DNA of 64,000 bases from sequence record NC_054920.1; one strand, written 5' to 3'. This document shows positions 37,005 through 46,928 of this stretch, piece by piece. A model generated the notes under the pieces. It saw only the letters and a list, made by a program, of their open reading frames with translations. It searched no databases and was not told the origin of the DNA. Source of the DNA: Escherichia phage vB_EcoM_G9062. A program made the position numbers and the translations under genes. Numbering within the stretch: the first letter of the stretch is position 1; each line of letters begins with the position of its first letter.

Positions 37005-37011
37005 AAGAATG

Positions 37012-37485
37012 TCATTTGATTTGTTTAGCAGACCAAATGCGGTCTTTAATAATTTTTTGGATGTCTTCAACATACTCAAGAGAGTGAACATGTGGATTAT
37101 CTTTGAAACTATAAGCACGGGCTAACTTTTGGCCTTCGGTTTTGATTACTAAAAGCTCTTTAAGGATAGCTTCATATTTGGAGATAATTCCTTTAACAAT
37201 ATTTTTCTCTTGTGTGACTTTAGGATCTTCTTTAGGAGCAGGTTTACCTGAAGCCTTTGCAAAAGCAGCTCCAGTAGCAACTAAACTTTTCCAAGCCATA
37301 CTAACTGCATTCCCTGTAAATCCTTCGGCTTTCATATCACGAGCAAATTGGAATCGTGATTCATCGGAAGCATCTTTATAGGAATATTTACCCGCGGCAA
37401 TGGCAGCTTTTGCAACAGCTTGAATTTCAGTGCTAGATGCTTCATTTAACACCGCTTCATTTAAAAATTGAGTATATGATTTCAT
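37012..37485 (-). CDS. internal-protein-like capsid-targeted protein (157 aa)
   Basis: N-terminus MKSYTQFLNEAVLNEA is CTS-like; Ala/Lys-rich body. Confidence 0.5.
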   Translation of the reverse strand: MKSYTQFLNEAVLNEASSTEIQAVAKAAIAAGKYSYKDASDESRFQFARDMKAEGFTGNAVSMAWKSLVATGAAFAKASGKPAPKEDPKVTQEKNIVKGIISKYEAILKELLVIKTEGQKLARAYSFKDNPHVHSLEYVEDIQKIIKDRIWSAKQIK

Positions 37486-37530
37486 CTTATTTCCTGTTTT
37501 AATTCGGGGTTTTAATATACTTATTTATAC

Positions 37531-37559
37531 TAAAAAGCCCCAACCTTTCGGTCGGGGCT
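37531..37559 (-). terminator. intrinsic terminator at the 3' end of the tRNA/stable-RNA operon, copy 1
   Basis: same hairpin + U tract as 36975-37004. Confidence 0.65.
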
Positions 37560-37564
37560 AAGCC

Positions 37565-37876
37565 TTGCGGCAACCTTGTCGGGGTTCCACCTGCTAAGGC
37601 AAGTGTTTGTACGAAACGCCGGGATTCGAACCCGGTTATTAAGCAGTTGACGCTACTCAATATTTTTTAAAAGGCCATATCTCGACCATATCCGAACGTT
37701 CCGTCAAAAACGCTACTCGGCTTACGGCAAAGATATTTCCTCGAATCGATAATTCGGTGCGCCGTTTCTGCTGTGATATAAGGGGACATTAACAAAACAT
37801 AAAGATTTATTAATACCAGTCCTTAAACAGGGAACATCAGTCCGACGACTTGCCGGTAGCGACCCGGCTTCTTGTC
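37565..37876 (-). ncRNA. candidate stable RNAs downstream of tRNA-Arg (position of T4 RNA species 1/2)
   Basis: about 310 nt non-coding between tRNA-Arg and the terminator; contains a tRNA T-arm-like CCGGGTTCGAATCCCGG (37618-37640 rc); synteny with T4 rnaC/rnaD. Confidence 0.35.
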
Positions 37877-37952
37877 TGGTCGAGGCAGTAGGGATCGAAC
37901 CTACGACCCAGGACTTAGAAGGTCCTTGCTCTTCCTTCTGAGCTATGCCTCG
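37877..37952 (-). tRNA. tRNA-Arg (anticodon TCT)
   Basis: cloverleaf with acceptor CGAGGCA/TGCCTCG, anticodon loop CTTCTAA, T-loop GGTTCGATCC, encoded CCA. Confidence 0.85.
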
Positions 37953-37956
37953 TATT

Positions 37957-38031
37957 TGGCGGACGTGATAGGATTCGAACCTATAACCAATCGCTTAACA
38001 GGCGATCGCTCTGCCATTGAGCTACACATCC
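37957..38031 (-). tRNA. tRNA-Asn (anticodon GTT)
   Basis: acceptor GGATGTG/CACGTCC, anticodon loop CTGTTAA, T-loop GGTTCGAATCC, encoded CCA. Confidence 0.8.
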
Positions 38032-38035
38032 AAAT

Positions 38036-38122
38036 TGGTGGGGAGTGGTGGAGTCGAACCACCCGAGTCGCAATGACAATGAATTTACAGTCCACACCGC
38101 TACCTCTACGGGATAACTCCCC
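38036..38122 (-). tRNA. tRNA-Tyr (anticodon GTA), type II with long variable arm
   Basis: acceptor GGGGAGT/ACTCCCC, anticodon loop CTGTAAA, T-loop GGTTCGACTCC, 87 nt with CCA. Confidence 0.75.
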
Positions 38123-38131
38123 AAATTAATT

Positions 38132-38206
38132 TGGTGGCCCTGGGTGGAATTGAACCACCATCTGGCGATTATGAGTCGCTTGCTTGAACCTTCCAGCTAC
38201 AGGGCC
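38132..38206 (-). tRNA. tRNA with CAT anticodon (probably tRNA-Ile, lysidine type; alternatively Met)
   Basis: acceptor GGCCCTG/CAGGGCC, anticodon loop CTCATAA, T-loop GGTTCAATTCC; sits where T4 has tRNA-Ile. Confidence 0.6.
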
Positions 38207-38207
38207 T

Positions 38208-38283
38208 TGGTGCTGATTGACGGAATCGAACCGCCGATCTTCTCATTACAAGTGAGTTGCTCTACCTACTGAGCTAAATCAGC
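38208..38283 (-). tRNA. tRNA-Thr (anticodon TGT)
   Basis: acceptor GCTGATT/AATCAGC, anticodon loop CTTGTAA, encoded CCA. Confidence 0.85.
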
Positions 38284-38288
38284 AAAAC

Positions 38289-38378
38289 TGGCGGAGGCGA
38301 TAGGATTTGAACCTATGAGTCGCCGGAGCGACTGCCGGTTTTCAAGACCGGTGCATTAAACCACTCTGCCACGCCTCC
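38289..38378 (-). tRNA. tRNA-Ser (anticodon TGA), type II
   Basis: acceptor GGAGGCG/CGCCTCC, anticodon loop CTTGAAA, long variable arm, encoded CCA. Confidence 0.85.
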
Positions 38379-38380
38379 AG

Positions 38381-38454
38381 TCTCCGTGGCAGGATTTGAA
38401 CCTACGACATTCTGCTCCCAAAGCAGACGCTCTACCAAACTGGGCTACACGGAG
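38381..38454 (-). tRNA. tRNA-Pro (anticodon TGG)
   Basis: acceptor CTCCGTG/CACGGAG, anticodon loop TTTGGGA, T-loop GGTTCAAATCC; CCA not encoded. Confidence 0.8.
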
Positions 38455-38463
38455 TAAATTAAA

Positions 38464-38538
<75 letters not shown>

Positions 38539-38543
38539 AAATT

Positions 38544-38630
38544 TGGTGCGAGAAGTGGGACTCGAACCCACAAGGAAATCATTCCGCAGCATTTTAAGTG
38601 CTGTGCCTTTACCAATTTGGCCATTCTCGC
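38544..38630 (-). tRNA. tRNA-Leu (anticodon TAA), type II
   Basis: GCGAGAATGGCCAAATTGGTAAAGGCACAGCACTTAAAATGCTG... matches my recollection of T4 tRNA-Leu. Confidence 0.85.
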
Positions 38631-38631
38631 G

Positions 38632-38704
38632 CTGGGAATAAAGGACTCGAACCTTTGCATCCTGGAATCAAAATCCAGTGCCTTACCAACTTGGCTAATT
38701 CCCA
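38632..38704 (-). tRNA. tRNA-Gln (anticodon TTG)
   Basis: acceptor TGGGAAT/ATTCCCA, anticodon loop TTTTGAT, T-loop GGTTCGAGTCC; 1-nt spacer to tRNA-Leu. Confidence 0.8.
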
Positions 38705-38801
38705 ATTATTAACAAAGGCTCTTAAGCAAGAACCCTTGATGATAGAGGGTATTAATCAGTGCGATATGAGTTAATAATAACAAATAATTCTTAAAGCATA
38801 T

Positions 38802-39089
38802 TTACCATTTATAATAATACATATTTACGATGCATTCAAGACCCAAAGGATTCTTGAAAATATCATATTCAAGAGGACCTTTTTCTGTTTCAATAAAGAA
38901 ATCAAAATTTACTGTATTAAATTTACGTTCTTCCTTCACTAATTTAACTTGAGAAGATGAACGGTCAATGTAAACCTTTTCAACTTCAAAACATGTTAAA
39001 ATGCCATAATCATCAATCAAAGCTTTAGCCGCGTCTTGATCATATTTATATCCATTTTCAATGGATGATACTTTCGCATAAAGAATCAT
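38802..39089 (-). CDS. hypothetical protein (95 aa)
   Basis: ORF upstream of the tRNA cluster. Confidence 0.4.
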   Translation of the reverse strand: MILYAKVSSIENGYKYDQDAAKALIDDYGILTCFEVEKVYIDRSSSQVKLVKEERKFNTVNFDFFIETEKGPLEYDIFKNPLGLECIVNMYYYKW

Positions 39090-39091
39090 TA

Positions 39092-39490
39092 TCAGCCTTC
39101 ATCAACAATAGTGTGAGTATTAGCATTTACGATTTGCCACCAATCAAAGCGATTAGAATCCATCGGTTTGTTTTCATTTTCTTTGATAATGTCACGGAGT
39201 TCATCTTCAGAGAATGCTTTAGCAATTAAATCGGTATACCCACCACGGGGATAATAATTATCACCTGCAAACAAAAGGAAATTTACCTTCCCGGAAGCAA
39301 CATATGCTTCCTTAGGATACTTGTTTCCTGCGTGGTCAACCACTTCAATATAACGGTAAGGAATATCGGTTCTTTCAACCCATTGCCATGCCGCCGCAGG
39401 GGAATCGAAAGCATCTACACCTAAACGATTATCTTCATCTTTAGACGGATTATTTTCGTAATCCGCATATACATAATATTCAACGTTCAT
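39092..39490 (-). CDS. hypothetical protein (132 aa)
   Basis: ORF; no motif recognised. Confidence 0.4.
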   Translation of the reverse strand: MNVEYYVYADYENNPSKDEDNRLGVDAFDSPAAAWQWVERTDIPYRYIEVVDHAGNKYPKEAYVASGKVNFLLFAGDNYYPRGGYTDLIAKAFSEDELRDIIKENENKPMDSNRFDWWQIVNANTHTIVDEG

Positions 39491-39675
39491 TATTCACCTT
39501 TAGAAATTTTATCCATAACAATAGCAATTAAACCAATTAAAAATGCTACTACAAGTGAAAACACATTTTCTGCTGTAGTCAATAATCCACATATAAATCC
39601 AACAAACATTGAAAAACTAAAAGCGGAAGCAGAAATTGCAATAGCAACATTTCGAATTAATTCACAACGTTTCAT
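39490..39675 (-). CDS. small membrane protein (61 aa)
   Basis: two hydrophobic segments; GAGGAG RBS; PeSL promoter upstream. Confidence 0.35.
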   Translation of the reverse strand: MKRCELIRNVAIAISASAFSFSMFVGFICGLLTTAENVFSLVVAFLIGLIAIVMDKISKGE

Positions 39676-39703
39676 TTTATTCTCCTCAGTAGTAGATAGG
39701 GTA

Positions 39704-39733
39704 ATAGTATCACTACCCTATCTAAAAGTAAAC
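39704..39733 (-). promoter_or_regulatory. PeSL-like early promoter (GTTTAC ... TACTAT inside a 9-bp inverted repeat)
   Basis: plus agataggg-ta ATAGTATCAC ta-ccctatct then gtaaac 39728-39733. Confidence 0.55.
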
Positions 39734-39967
39734 TTATTTTTTACGAAAAATTGATTTATTTTCTGCTGCCCATTTTTCAATAACTGCAGCAGGACCAGTA
39801 ACAACAATTTTATCACCGTAATCTTCTGCGGCGAGTTGACCGAAATTATCTAATGCATCACGAAGAACTCCATGAGGCATTTCACCCATTTTATCTTTCT
39901 TGCCAGTGTAAATAAACTCAACTTTTACATCAGCAGTTTCAGCAATAAATTCTTGGTAAGTTTTCAT
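39734..39967 (-). CDS. internal-protein-like capsid-targeted protein (77 aa from MKTYQEFIAE)
   Basis: N-terminus MKTYQEFIAE is identical to the T4 IP capsid-targeting consensus; ORF track has a 4-codon upstream extension. Confidence 0.55.
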   Translation of the reverse strand: MKTYQEFIAETADVKVEFIYTGKKDKMGEMPHGVLRDALDNFGQLAAEDYGDKIVVTGPAAVIEKWAAENKSIFRKK

Positions 39968-40001
39968 TTTGATTTCCATTTGGTTTTGTTTTGATAGGGT
40001 A

Positions 40002-40031
40002 ATAGTATCACAACTAAAACCCTATGTAAAC
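40002..40031 (-). promoter_or_regulatory. PeSL-like early promoter (GTTTACA ... TACTAT)
   Basis: plus tgtaaac 40025-40031, atagta 40002-40007, gatagggta...accctat inverted repeat; upstream caactttgtgaaattattttaaat is shared with the element at 40333. Confidence 0.55.
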
Positions 40032-40043
40032 AACTTTGTGAAA

Positions 40044-40301
40044 TTATTTTAAATCTTCTAATCGTTTCTTCATCTTAGAACCATTTTTAGCAATTTCTCC
40101 TGCATCGGAGCATAATGCTAAAAGTGCTTTAACTTTAGTTTGGTCTCCTTTAAAAGATGAAGGATCGACCGCAGCAGCAAGTTCTTTAATACGAGAGAAA
40201 AGACGCTCAGCTTCAGCTAAAGCCATTCCAAGCTTTACTTCCATACCGTGGGAAGATTCAGTGATAGTAGTTTTTGTAGCAAACTCTTTGAAAGTTTTCA
40301 T
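40044..40301 (-). CDS. internal-protein-like protein (85 aa)
   Basis: N-terminus MKTFKEFATKTTITE is CTS-like with a candidate I/L-x-E cleavage site. Confidence 0.45.
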   Translation of the reverse strand: MKTFKEFATKTTITESSHGMEVKLGMALAEAERLFSRIKELAAAVDPSSFKGDQTKVKALLALCSDAGEIAKNGSKMKKRLEDLK

Positions 40302-40332
40302 TTTTATTTTCCTAATTAATTTTGATGAGGTA

Positions 40333-40361
40333 ATAGTATCACTACCTCATCAGTATGTAAA
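40333..40361 (-). promoter_or_regulatory. PeSL-like early promoter (GTTTACA ... TACTAT within a perfect 10-bp inverted repeat)
   Basis: plus tgatgaggta ATAGTATCAC tacctcatca then tgtaaac 40355-40361. Confidence 0.55.
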
Positions 40362-40374
40362 CAACTTTGTGAAA

Positions 40375-41059
<685 letters not shown>

Positions 41060-41060
<1 letters not shown>

Positions 41061-41785
41061 TATAGTACCTTTAGTGTATTTTTAATTTTAGAAAAAAGTT
41101 CTTCAAGAGAACCATCGTTTGTAATTACTAAATCGCCATCACGAATTGGCAATCCAGCTTCTGTAATATGTGTATCATTGGATTTTTGACCAGGACGAAC
41201 TACATGAATTACTGTAGCACCCATCGCCCTAGCCGCATCCATTTCATGATCTTGACGGGTATCAGGAACGATATAATAATCATAACCTGAGTTAAATTTA
41301 TCAAGATAATCTAAAGCAAATAATTTTACCCAGTACATGCGGTCGAAGTTATTAACAATCAAATCCGTACCTAGGGCTTGCATCAGACGACGGACTGACC
41401 ATTGATCTTCAATATTATTTATAACGTCAATAATCTTGTTAAATGCTACGGAATTAACTGATTCTTGTCCTTCGTCATCAAAAACAAACACACCTTTAAT
41501 TGGGCTTTTACCATTAAGATAGCAAAATGCTTGTTCCATAATCGTGATTACTTCTAATTTAGTTAGATTTAAATTAGTCTCACGATCATAGTCAATTCCT
41601 TCAAACTCTTTACGAGTTAAGCAAGGATAGTCGGTATTTGCTGCAAATACTCCCCATGCATAAGCCAATGCATCCTTAATAGGACCAGCAAGTTGGTATT
41701 TAACTGCAGAATAATTGCTCATGATAAAATCAGCAGTAGTATCTTTTCCACTACGCTTTACACCGCTTAAAAAGATTAGTTTCAT
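41060..41785 (-). CDS. 1: deoxynucleoside monophosphate kinase
   Basis: 241 aa; MKLIFLSGVKRSGKDT P-loop as T4 gp1. Confidence 0.9.
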
Positions 41786-41834
41786 ATGTTTCTCCTCAAA
41801 TTTAGTTAAGATTATAACACATGAAACTGAAGCA

Positions 41835-42365
41835 TTAAACTTCCGCTATAATTTTTCCATCTTTTTCTACTTGAAAATACGTATAAGGAATCGTTGCTGT
41901 ACATACTAAAGCCGGGTCTGAATCTTCTGTGTAGCTAAATTCTACTTCAGATAGGTCAGAAACCCAAGGCTTATAAAAATTTATTGACATCACGATTTCA
42001 GTTTTGCTATTATCTAAAATGTAAAGCGTAATGTATTCAGGACCTGTTTTTTGGGCAGTATTTTCACCTGTAAGATAGTTGCTAGTTCCTAGCATCCATT
42101 CATACATTCCTATCCATGACTTAAGTTCTTCATCAACTATAAATCTCACGATGAGTGGATCGTACTCAAATGTAGCACCTGGACGTTGTGCTCGGCCCAG
42201 TCCAAACGGCCCAGTCACGGTATCAGTAACAGGTATTCTAATTCCTGGAATAGGAACTGACTGAGCATTTAAAGTAAAAGCAGATGTAGTATTACTATGT
42301 GGTATTGATACTACAAAGTTAGTTGTATTTGCTTGGTTAAAAATTTGTTGCAGTGCTTGCGACAT
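41835..42365 (-). CDS. 3: tail completion/sheath stabiliser gp3
   Basis: 176 aa from internal Met MSQALQQIF (T4 gp3 length); ORF track extends 27 codons upstream. Confidence 0.75.
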   Translation of the reverse strand: MSQALQQIFNQANTTNFVVSIPHSNTTSAFTLNAQSVPIPGIRIPVTDTVTGPFGLGRAQRPGATFEYDPLIVRFIVDEELKSWIGMYEWMLGTSNYLTGENTAQKTGPEYITLYILDNSKTEIVMSINFYKPWVSDLSEVEFSYTEDSDPALVCTATIPYTYFQVEKDGKIIAEV

Positions 42366-42471
42366 ATATTCCTCATAATGCTTTATAACTGTTGGTGGTA
42401 TAATGGGTCTAAGTCCCTTCCATTCAATTCCATTTAGAACAAACAACAGAAAAGAATGGAAGATAATAGAA

Positions 42472-43296
42472 TTAGATATTTGACCAGACTTTGTTTGCAG
42501 AGAAACGTTTTCCTTTTGAAACGAACTGCTGAAGTGGCATTAACACAACGTTCGCCCAGTCTTTCGGGGCGATTTCAACAAGGCTACCCATAATATTACC
42601 AGGTATATATGCCTTAATCATTTGGTCTGCACCCCTAAATCCTTTCACTTGACTCCAATCAATTTTTAATTTCGTTTTATTAGTAATAGTAGGTGTATTT
42701 GAATATTGCTTTAAAAGCTCTTCTAGGAATTGCTGGCGAGCTTTAGGTGGAATATAGTGCAAGTTCAATCCGTACATTAAATTATGCTTACCTAAACCAA
42801 GGTAAATTATCAAAGGAAATTTATCCCAGTAAGGAAGAGTTTCCTTGTGTTTAGCATCATAAGCAAAAGCATATATTCGTCCCGGCTGCGGGCGAACAAC
42901 TTTATGTCCTTTTACTTGCTTAATAGTTTCAGCAAACCACTTTCTGGTTTTATTATTAATTGCTGCGCCTTCATTACGAATTTTATCGCGCAATGTTTGT
43001 CTGAATGAATTTATCATAAGCAGTTGTCTTTCTTGCTTATTGAGTTTATTCATTGGTTTTGATTCAAGCTTTTGAATCTTTTCAGCCGTTTTAATTCCTG
43101 AAGCATATTTTGACATTGCTGAAGTAAACGTAGAGTATTTGATTCCTCTTTCTTCAGCAAATTGCTTTCCTGTCATTCCTTTTGCTTTGGCCTTTTTATA
43201 TTCAAGACCTATCTGAATCCATTTCTTTTCGTTTAATGATTGCTTAACCTTTGGAACTTGGGGTGTGCTTTCATTAATTATTTGAAAAATAGCCAT
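42472..43296 (-). CDS. 2: DNA end-protector protein gp2
   Basis: 274 aa as T4 gp2; start overlaps gene 4 stop. Confidence 0.8.
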   Translation of the reverse strand: MAIFQIINESTPQVPKVKQSLNEKKWIQIGLEYKKAKAKGMTGKQFAEERGIKYSTFTSAMSKYASGIKTAEKIQKLESKPMNKLNKQERQLLMINSFRQTLRDKIRNEGAAINNKTRKWFAETIKQVKGHKVVRPQPGRIYAFAYDAKHKETLPYWDKFPLIIYLGLGKHNLMYGLNLHYIPPKARQQFLEELLKQYSNTPTITNKTKLKIDWSQVKGFRGADQMIKAYIPGNIMGSLVEIAPKDWANVVLMPLQQFVSKGKRFSANKVWSNI

Positions 43297-43748
43297 TATG
43301 CCCCCTTAAAGCCAAGAGCTCGTAATCCATCTTCTGTTAAAATTCTAAATTTTATTCCACGCTTTTCAGCTAAAGATTGTGCTGCTTTCCATTTGTCGGT
43401 GTTAACAGACCAGGTATAAATTTCATTCATAAATCTTTTCTTCGCTGCGGTTGTTAGATGCGCCGGTTTAACTGGTGGTTGTGTTTCTTTTTTAGGTTTT
43501 ATTTCAATAAAAAATTCTTGTCCAGAAGAATCTTTCATCCAAATATCCATGAAGTATCTACGTTTTTTCCCTTCTGCATTACAAAAATAAGGAATTACTG
43601 CTGTTTCACTACCCCATGCAATAATTTCTGGATTTTTATCTAACCATTCAAAAAAGAATTTTTCCCAATTTGATCTATACGTAATTTTTTTAGGGTCACC
43701 TCTATACTTTGATATATTTTTAGGAACCCATTTTCCAGAATATGCCAT
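43296..43748 (-). CDS. 4: head completion protein gp4
   Basis: 150 aa as T4 gp4; TAAGGAGA RBS and late promoter upstream. Confidence 0.8.
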   Translation of the reverse strand: MAYSGKWVPKNISKYRGDPKKITYRSNWEKFFFEWLDKNPEIIAWGSETAVIPYFCNAEGKKRRYFMDIWMKDSSGQEFFIEIKPKKETQPPVKPAHLTTAAKKRFMNEIYTWSVNTDKWKAAQSLAEKRGIKFRILTEDGLRALGFKGA

Positions 43749-43759
43749 TGGATTCTCCT

Positions 43760-43767
43760 TATAAATA
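43760..43767 (+). promoter_or_regulatory. late promoter TATAAATA for gene 53
   Basis: exact TATAAATA 28 nt upstream of the gene 53 ATG, followed by AGGAGG RBS. Confidence 0.65.
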
Positions 43768-43775
43768 GATAATAT

Positions 43776-43783
43776 ATTTATAA
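43776..43783 (-). promoter_or_regulatory. late promoter TATAAATA for gene 4 (divergent)
   Basis: plus tatttata; minus strand reads TATAAATA 27 nt upstream of the gene 4 ATG. Confidence 0.65.
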
Positions 43784-43795
43784 ACAGGAGGGCCC

Positions 43796-44386
43796 ATGCT
43801 CTTTACATTTTTTGATCCGATTGAATATGCGGCCAAAACGGTGAATAAAAACGCGCCGACTATTCCTATGACAGATATTTTTAGAAACTATAAAGACTAT
43901 TTTAAACGCGCTCTTGCGGGATACCGCTTACGTACTTATTATATCAAAGGTTCACCACGCCCGGAAGAATTAGCAAATACTATATATGGAAATCCACAGT
44001 TGTATTGGGTTTTATTGATGTGTAATGATAATTATGACCCGTATTATGGATGGATTACTTCACAAGAAGCAGCTTATCAAGCATCTATACAAAAATACAA
44101 AAATGTAGGTGGAGACCAAATAGTATATCATGTGAATGAGAACGGTGAAAAATTTTATAATTTAATATCATACGATGATAATCCATATGTTTGGTATGAT
44201 AAAGGTGATAAAGCTAGAAAATATCCTCAATATGAAGGAGCACTTGCTGCTGTTAATACGTATGAAGATGCTGTTCTTGAAAATGAAAAACTTCGTCAAA
44301 TAAAAATAATAGCAAAATCAGACATTAATTCATTTATGAACGACCTTATACGTATAATGGAGAAATCTTATGGAAATGATAAGTAA
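43796..44386 (+). CDS. 53: baseplate wedge protein gp53
   Basis: 196 aa as T4 gp53; first plus-strand late gene. Confidence 0.85.
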   Translation: MLFTFFDPIEYAAKTVNKNAPTIPMTDIFRNYKDYFKRALAGYRLRTYYIKGSPRPEELANTIYGNPQLYWVLLMCNDNYDPYYGWITSQEAAYQASIQKYKNVGGDQIVYHVNENGEKFYNLISYDDNPYVWYDKGDKARKYPQYEGALAAVNTYEDAVLENEKLRQIKIIAKSDINSFMNDLIRIMEKSYGNDK

Positions 44387-46097
44387 TAACCTTAATTGGT
44401 TTGTTGGTGTTGTTGAAGATAGAATGGACCCATTAAAATTAGGTCGTGTTCGTGTTCGTGTGGTTGGTCTGCATCCACCTCAAAGAGCACAAGGCGATGT
44501 AATGGGTATTCCAACTGAAAAATTACCATGGATGTCAGTTATTCAACCTATAACTTCTGCAGCAATGTCTGGAATTGGAGGTTCTGTTACTGGACCGGTA
44601 GAAGGAACTAGAGTTTATGGTCATTTTTTAGACAAATGGAAAACTAACGGAATTGTCCTTGGCACGTATGGTGGAATAGTTCGCGAAAAACCGAATAGAC
44701 TTGAAGGATTTTCTGACCCAACTGGGCAATATCCTAGACGTTTAGGAAATGATACTAATGTATTAAACCAAGGCGGAGAAGTAGGATATGATTCGTCTTC
44801 TAACATTATCCAAGATAGTAACTTAGACACTGCAATAAATCCCGATGATAGACCACTATCAGAGATTCCAACCGATGATAATCCAAATATGTCAATGGCT
44901 GACATGCTTCGCCGTGATGAAGGATTAAGACTAAAAGTTTATTGGGATACTGAAGGATATCCGACAATTGGTATTGGTCATCTTATCATGAAGCAGCCAG
45001 TTCGTGATATGGCTCAAATTAATAAAGTTTTATCAAAACAAGTTGGTCGTGAAATTACTGGAAACCCAGGTTCTATTACGATGGAAGAGGCGACGACTTT
45101 ATTTGAACGTGATTTGGCTGATATGCAACGGGACATTAAATCACATTCTAAAGTAGGACCAGTCTGGCAAGCTGTCAACCGTTCTCGTCAAATGGCGTTA
45201 GAAAATATGGCATTTCAAATGGGTGTTGGCGGTGTAGCTAAATTTAACACAATGTTAACTGCTATGTTAGCCGGAGATTGGGAAAAAGCATATAAAGCCG
45301 GTCGTGATTCATTGTGGTATCAACAAACAAAAGGCCGTGCATCCCGTGTTACCATGATTATTCTTACGGGGAATTTGGAATCATATGGTGTTGAAGTGAA
45401 AACCCCAGCTAGGTCTCTATCAGCAATGGCTGCTACTGTAGCTAAATCTTCTGACCCGGCTGACCCTCCTATTCCAAATGACTCGAGAATTTTATTCAAA
45501 GAACCAGTTTCTTCATATAAAGGTGAATATCCTTATGTGCATACAATGGAAACTGAAAGCGGACATATTCAGGAATTTGATGATACTCCTGGGCAAGAAC
45601 GATACAGATTAGTTCATCCGACTGGAACTTATGAAGAAGTATCACCGTCAGGAAGAAGAACAAGAAAAACTGTCGATAATTTGTATGATATAACCAACGC
45701 TGATGGTAATTTTTTGGTAGCCGGTGATAAAAAGACTAACGTCGGTGGATCAGAAATTTATTACAACATGGATAATCGTCTTCACCAAATAGATGGAAGC
45801 AATACAATATTTGTACGTGGCGATGAAACTAAGACAGTTGAAGGCAATGGAACTATCCTAGTTAAAGGTAATGTTACTATTGTAGTTGAAGGTAATGCTG
45901 ACATTACAGTTAAAGGAGATGCTACCACTTTAGTTGAAGGAAATCAAACTAACACAGTAAATGGAAATCTTTCTTGGAAAGTTGCTGGGACAGTTGATTG
46001 GGACGTTGGTGGTGATTGGACAGAAAAAATGGCATCTATGAGTTCTATTTCATCTGGTCAATACACAATTGATGGATCGAGGATTGACATTGGCTAA
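44370..46097 (+). CDS. 5: baseplate hub subunit and tail lysozyme gp5
   Basis: 575 aa; internal lysozyme domain DEGLRLKVYWDTEGYPTIGIGHL (paralogous to gene e); C-terminal VxGxxxxx beta-helix repeats. Confidence 0.9.
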   Translation: MEMISNNLNWFVGVVEDRMDPLKLGRVRVRVVGLHPPQRAQGDVMGIPTEKLPWMSVIQPITSAAMSGIGGSVTGPVEGTRVYGHFLDKWKTNGIVLGTYGGIVREKPNRLEGFSDPTGQYPRRLGNDTNVLNQGGEVGYDSSSNIIQDSNLDTAINPDDRPLSEIPTDDNPNMSMADMLRRDEGLRLKVYWDTEGYPTIGIGHLIMKQPVRDMAQINKVLSKQVGREITGNPGSITMEEATTLFERDLADMQRDIKSHSKVGPVWQAVNRSRQMALENMAFQMGVGGVAKFNTMLTAMLAGDWEKAYKAGRDSLWYQQTKGRASRVTMIILTGNLESYGVEVKTPARSLSAMAATVAKSSDPADPPIPNDSRILFKEPVSSYKGEYPYVHTMETESGHIQEFDDTPGQERYRLVHPTGTYEEVSPSGRRTRKTVDNLYDITNADGNFLVAGDKKTNVGGSEIYYNMDNRLHQIDGSNTIFVRGDETKTVEGNGTILVKGNVTIVVEGNADITVKGDATTLVEGNQTNTVNGNLSWKVAGTVDWDVGGDWTEKMASMSSISSGQYTIDGSRIDIG

Positions 46098-46131
46098 TAT
46101 ACTTCCAATGAGCGCTGATTTAGGAGAATCC

Positions 46132-46626
46132 ATGGAAGGTTCTTCTATCGACGTCACCTTTACCGCTCAATTAGAAACAGGTGAAACGTTAGTATCTATA
46201 AATATAACTAGTTACGAAGAAACTCCTGGGGTTTTAGTAGAAGAAAATCGCTTATACGGAACATATGAATCTGTGTTTGGATTTGGAAATGACGCGTTGA
46301 AATATCGTTTAGGCGATGAATTTAAAACTGCTGCTTCATGGGAAGAACTTCCTACTGATTCTGATACTCAGTTGTATTTATGGAAAGCTCCTCAAAACCT
46401 CCAGAAGACATTCACTTACGAAGTAACATTAATATATGACTACCAAGAACAAAGTGAATCTGGAGGTTCTGGCAGTAATTCTAGGTCATCTTCTGATACT
46501 ACTGAACCGACAGATCCTCCTGCTCCAGTAAGAAAAACTCTCGTTAAAAATTATACTAAAACTATAGTTGGAAATTGGAGTCGTTGGGCTAATAAATTAA
46601 GAAGCTATGTGTATGAGAGGTCATAG
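46132..46626 (+). CDS. hypothetical protein in the 5.1 position (164 aa from MEGSSIDV)
   Basis: GGAG RBS 5 nt before ATG at 46132; ORF track start 46069 overlaps gene 5; alternative start at 46108. Confidence 0.5.
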
Positions 46627-46920
46627 ATGTCAGGATTAAGTTATGATAAATGTGTTACTGCTGGTCATGAAGCATGGCCTCCAACAGTTGTGAATGCTAC
46701 ACAAAGTAAAGTATTCACTGGAGGAATTGCTGTTCTCGTAGCAGGTGATCCAATTACAGAACATACAGAAATTAAAAAGCCATATGAAACACATGGCGGA
46801 GTGACACAACCCAGAACTTCTAAGGTATATGTCACTGGAAAGAAAGCTGTTCAAATGGCTGATCCAATATCATGCGGTGATACTGTGGCTCAGGCATCAT
46901 CTAAAGTATTCATTAAATAG
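46627..46920 (+). CDS. 5.4: baseplate spike tip protein gp5.4 (PAAR-like)
   Basis: 97 aa as T4 gp5.4; His/Cys metal-site residues. Confidence 0.75.
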
Positions 46921-46928
46921 GATTTAAA

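Noticed and set aside
37953-38131. Search for a segB-type endonuclease ORF inside the tRNA cluster
   Set aside because: The interval is filled by tRNA-Asn and tRNA-Tyr with 4-9 nt spacers; there is no room for a protein-coding gene.
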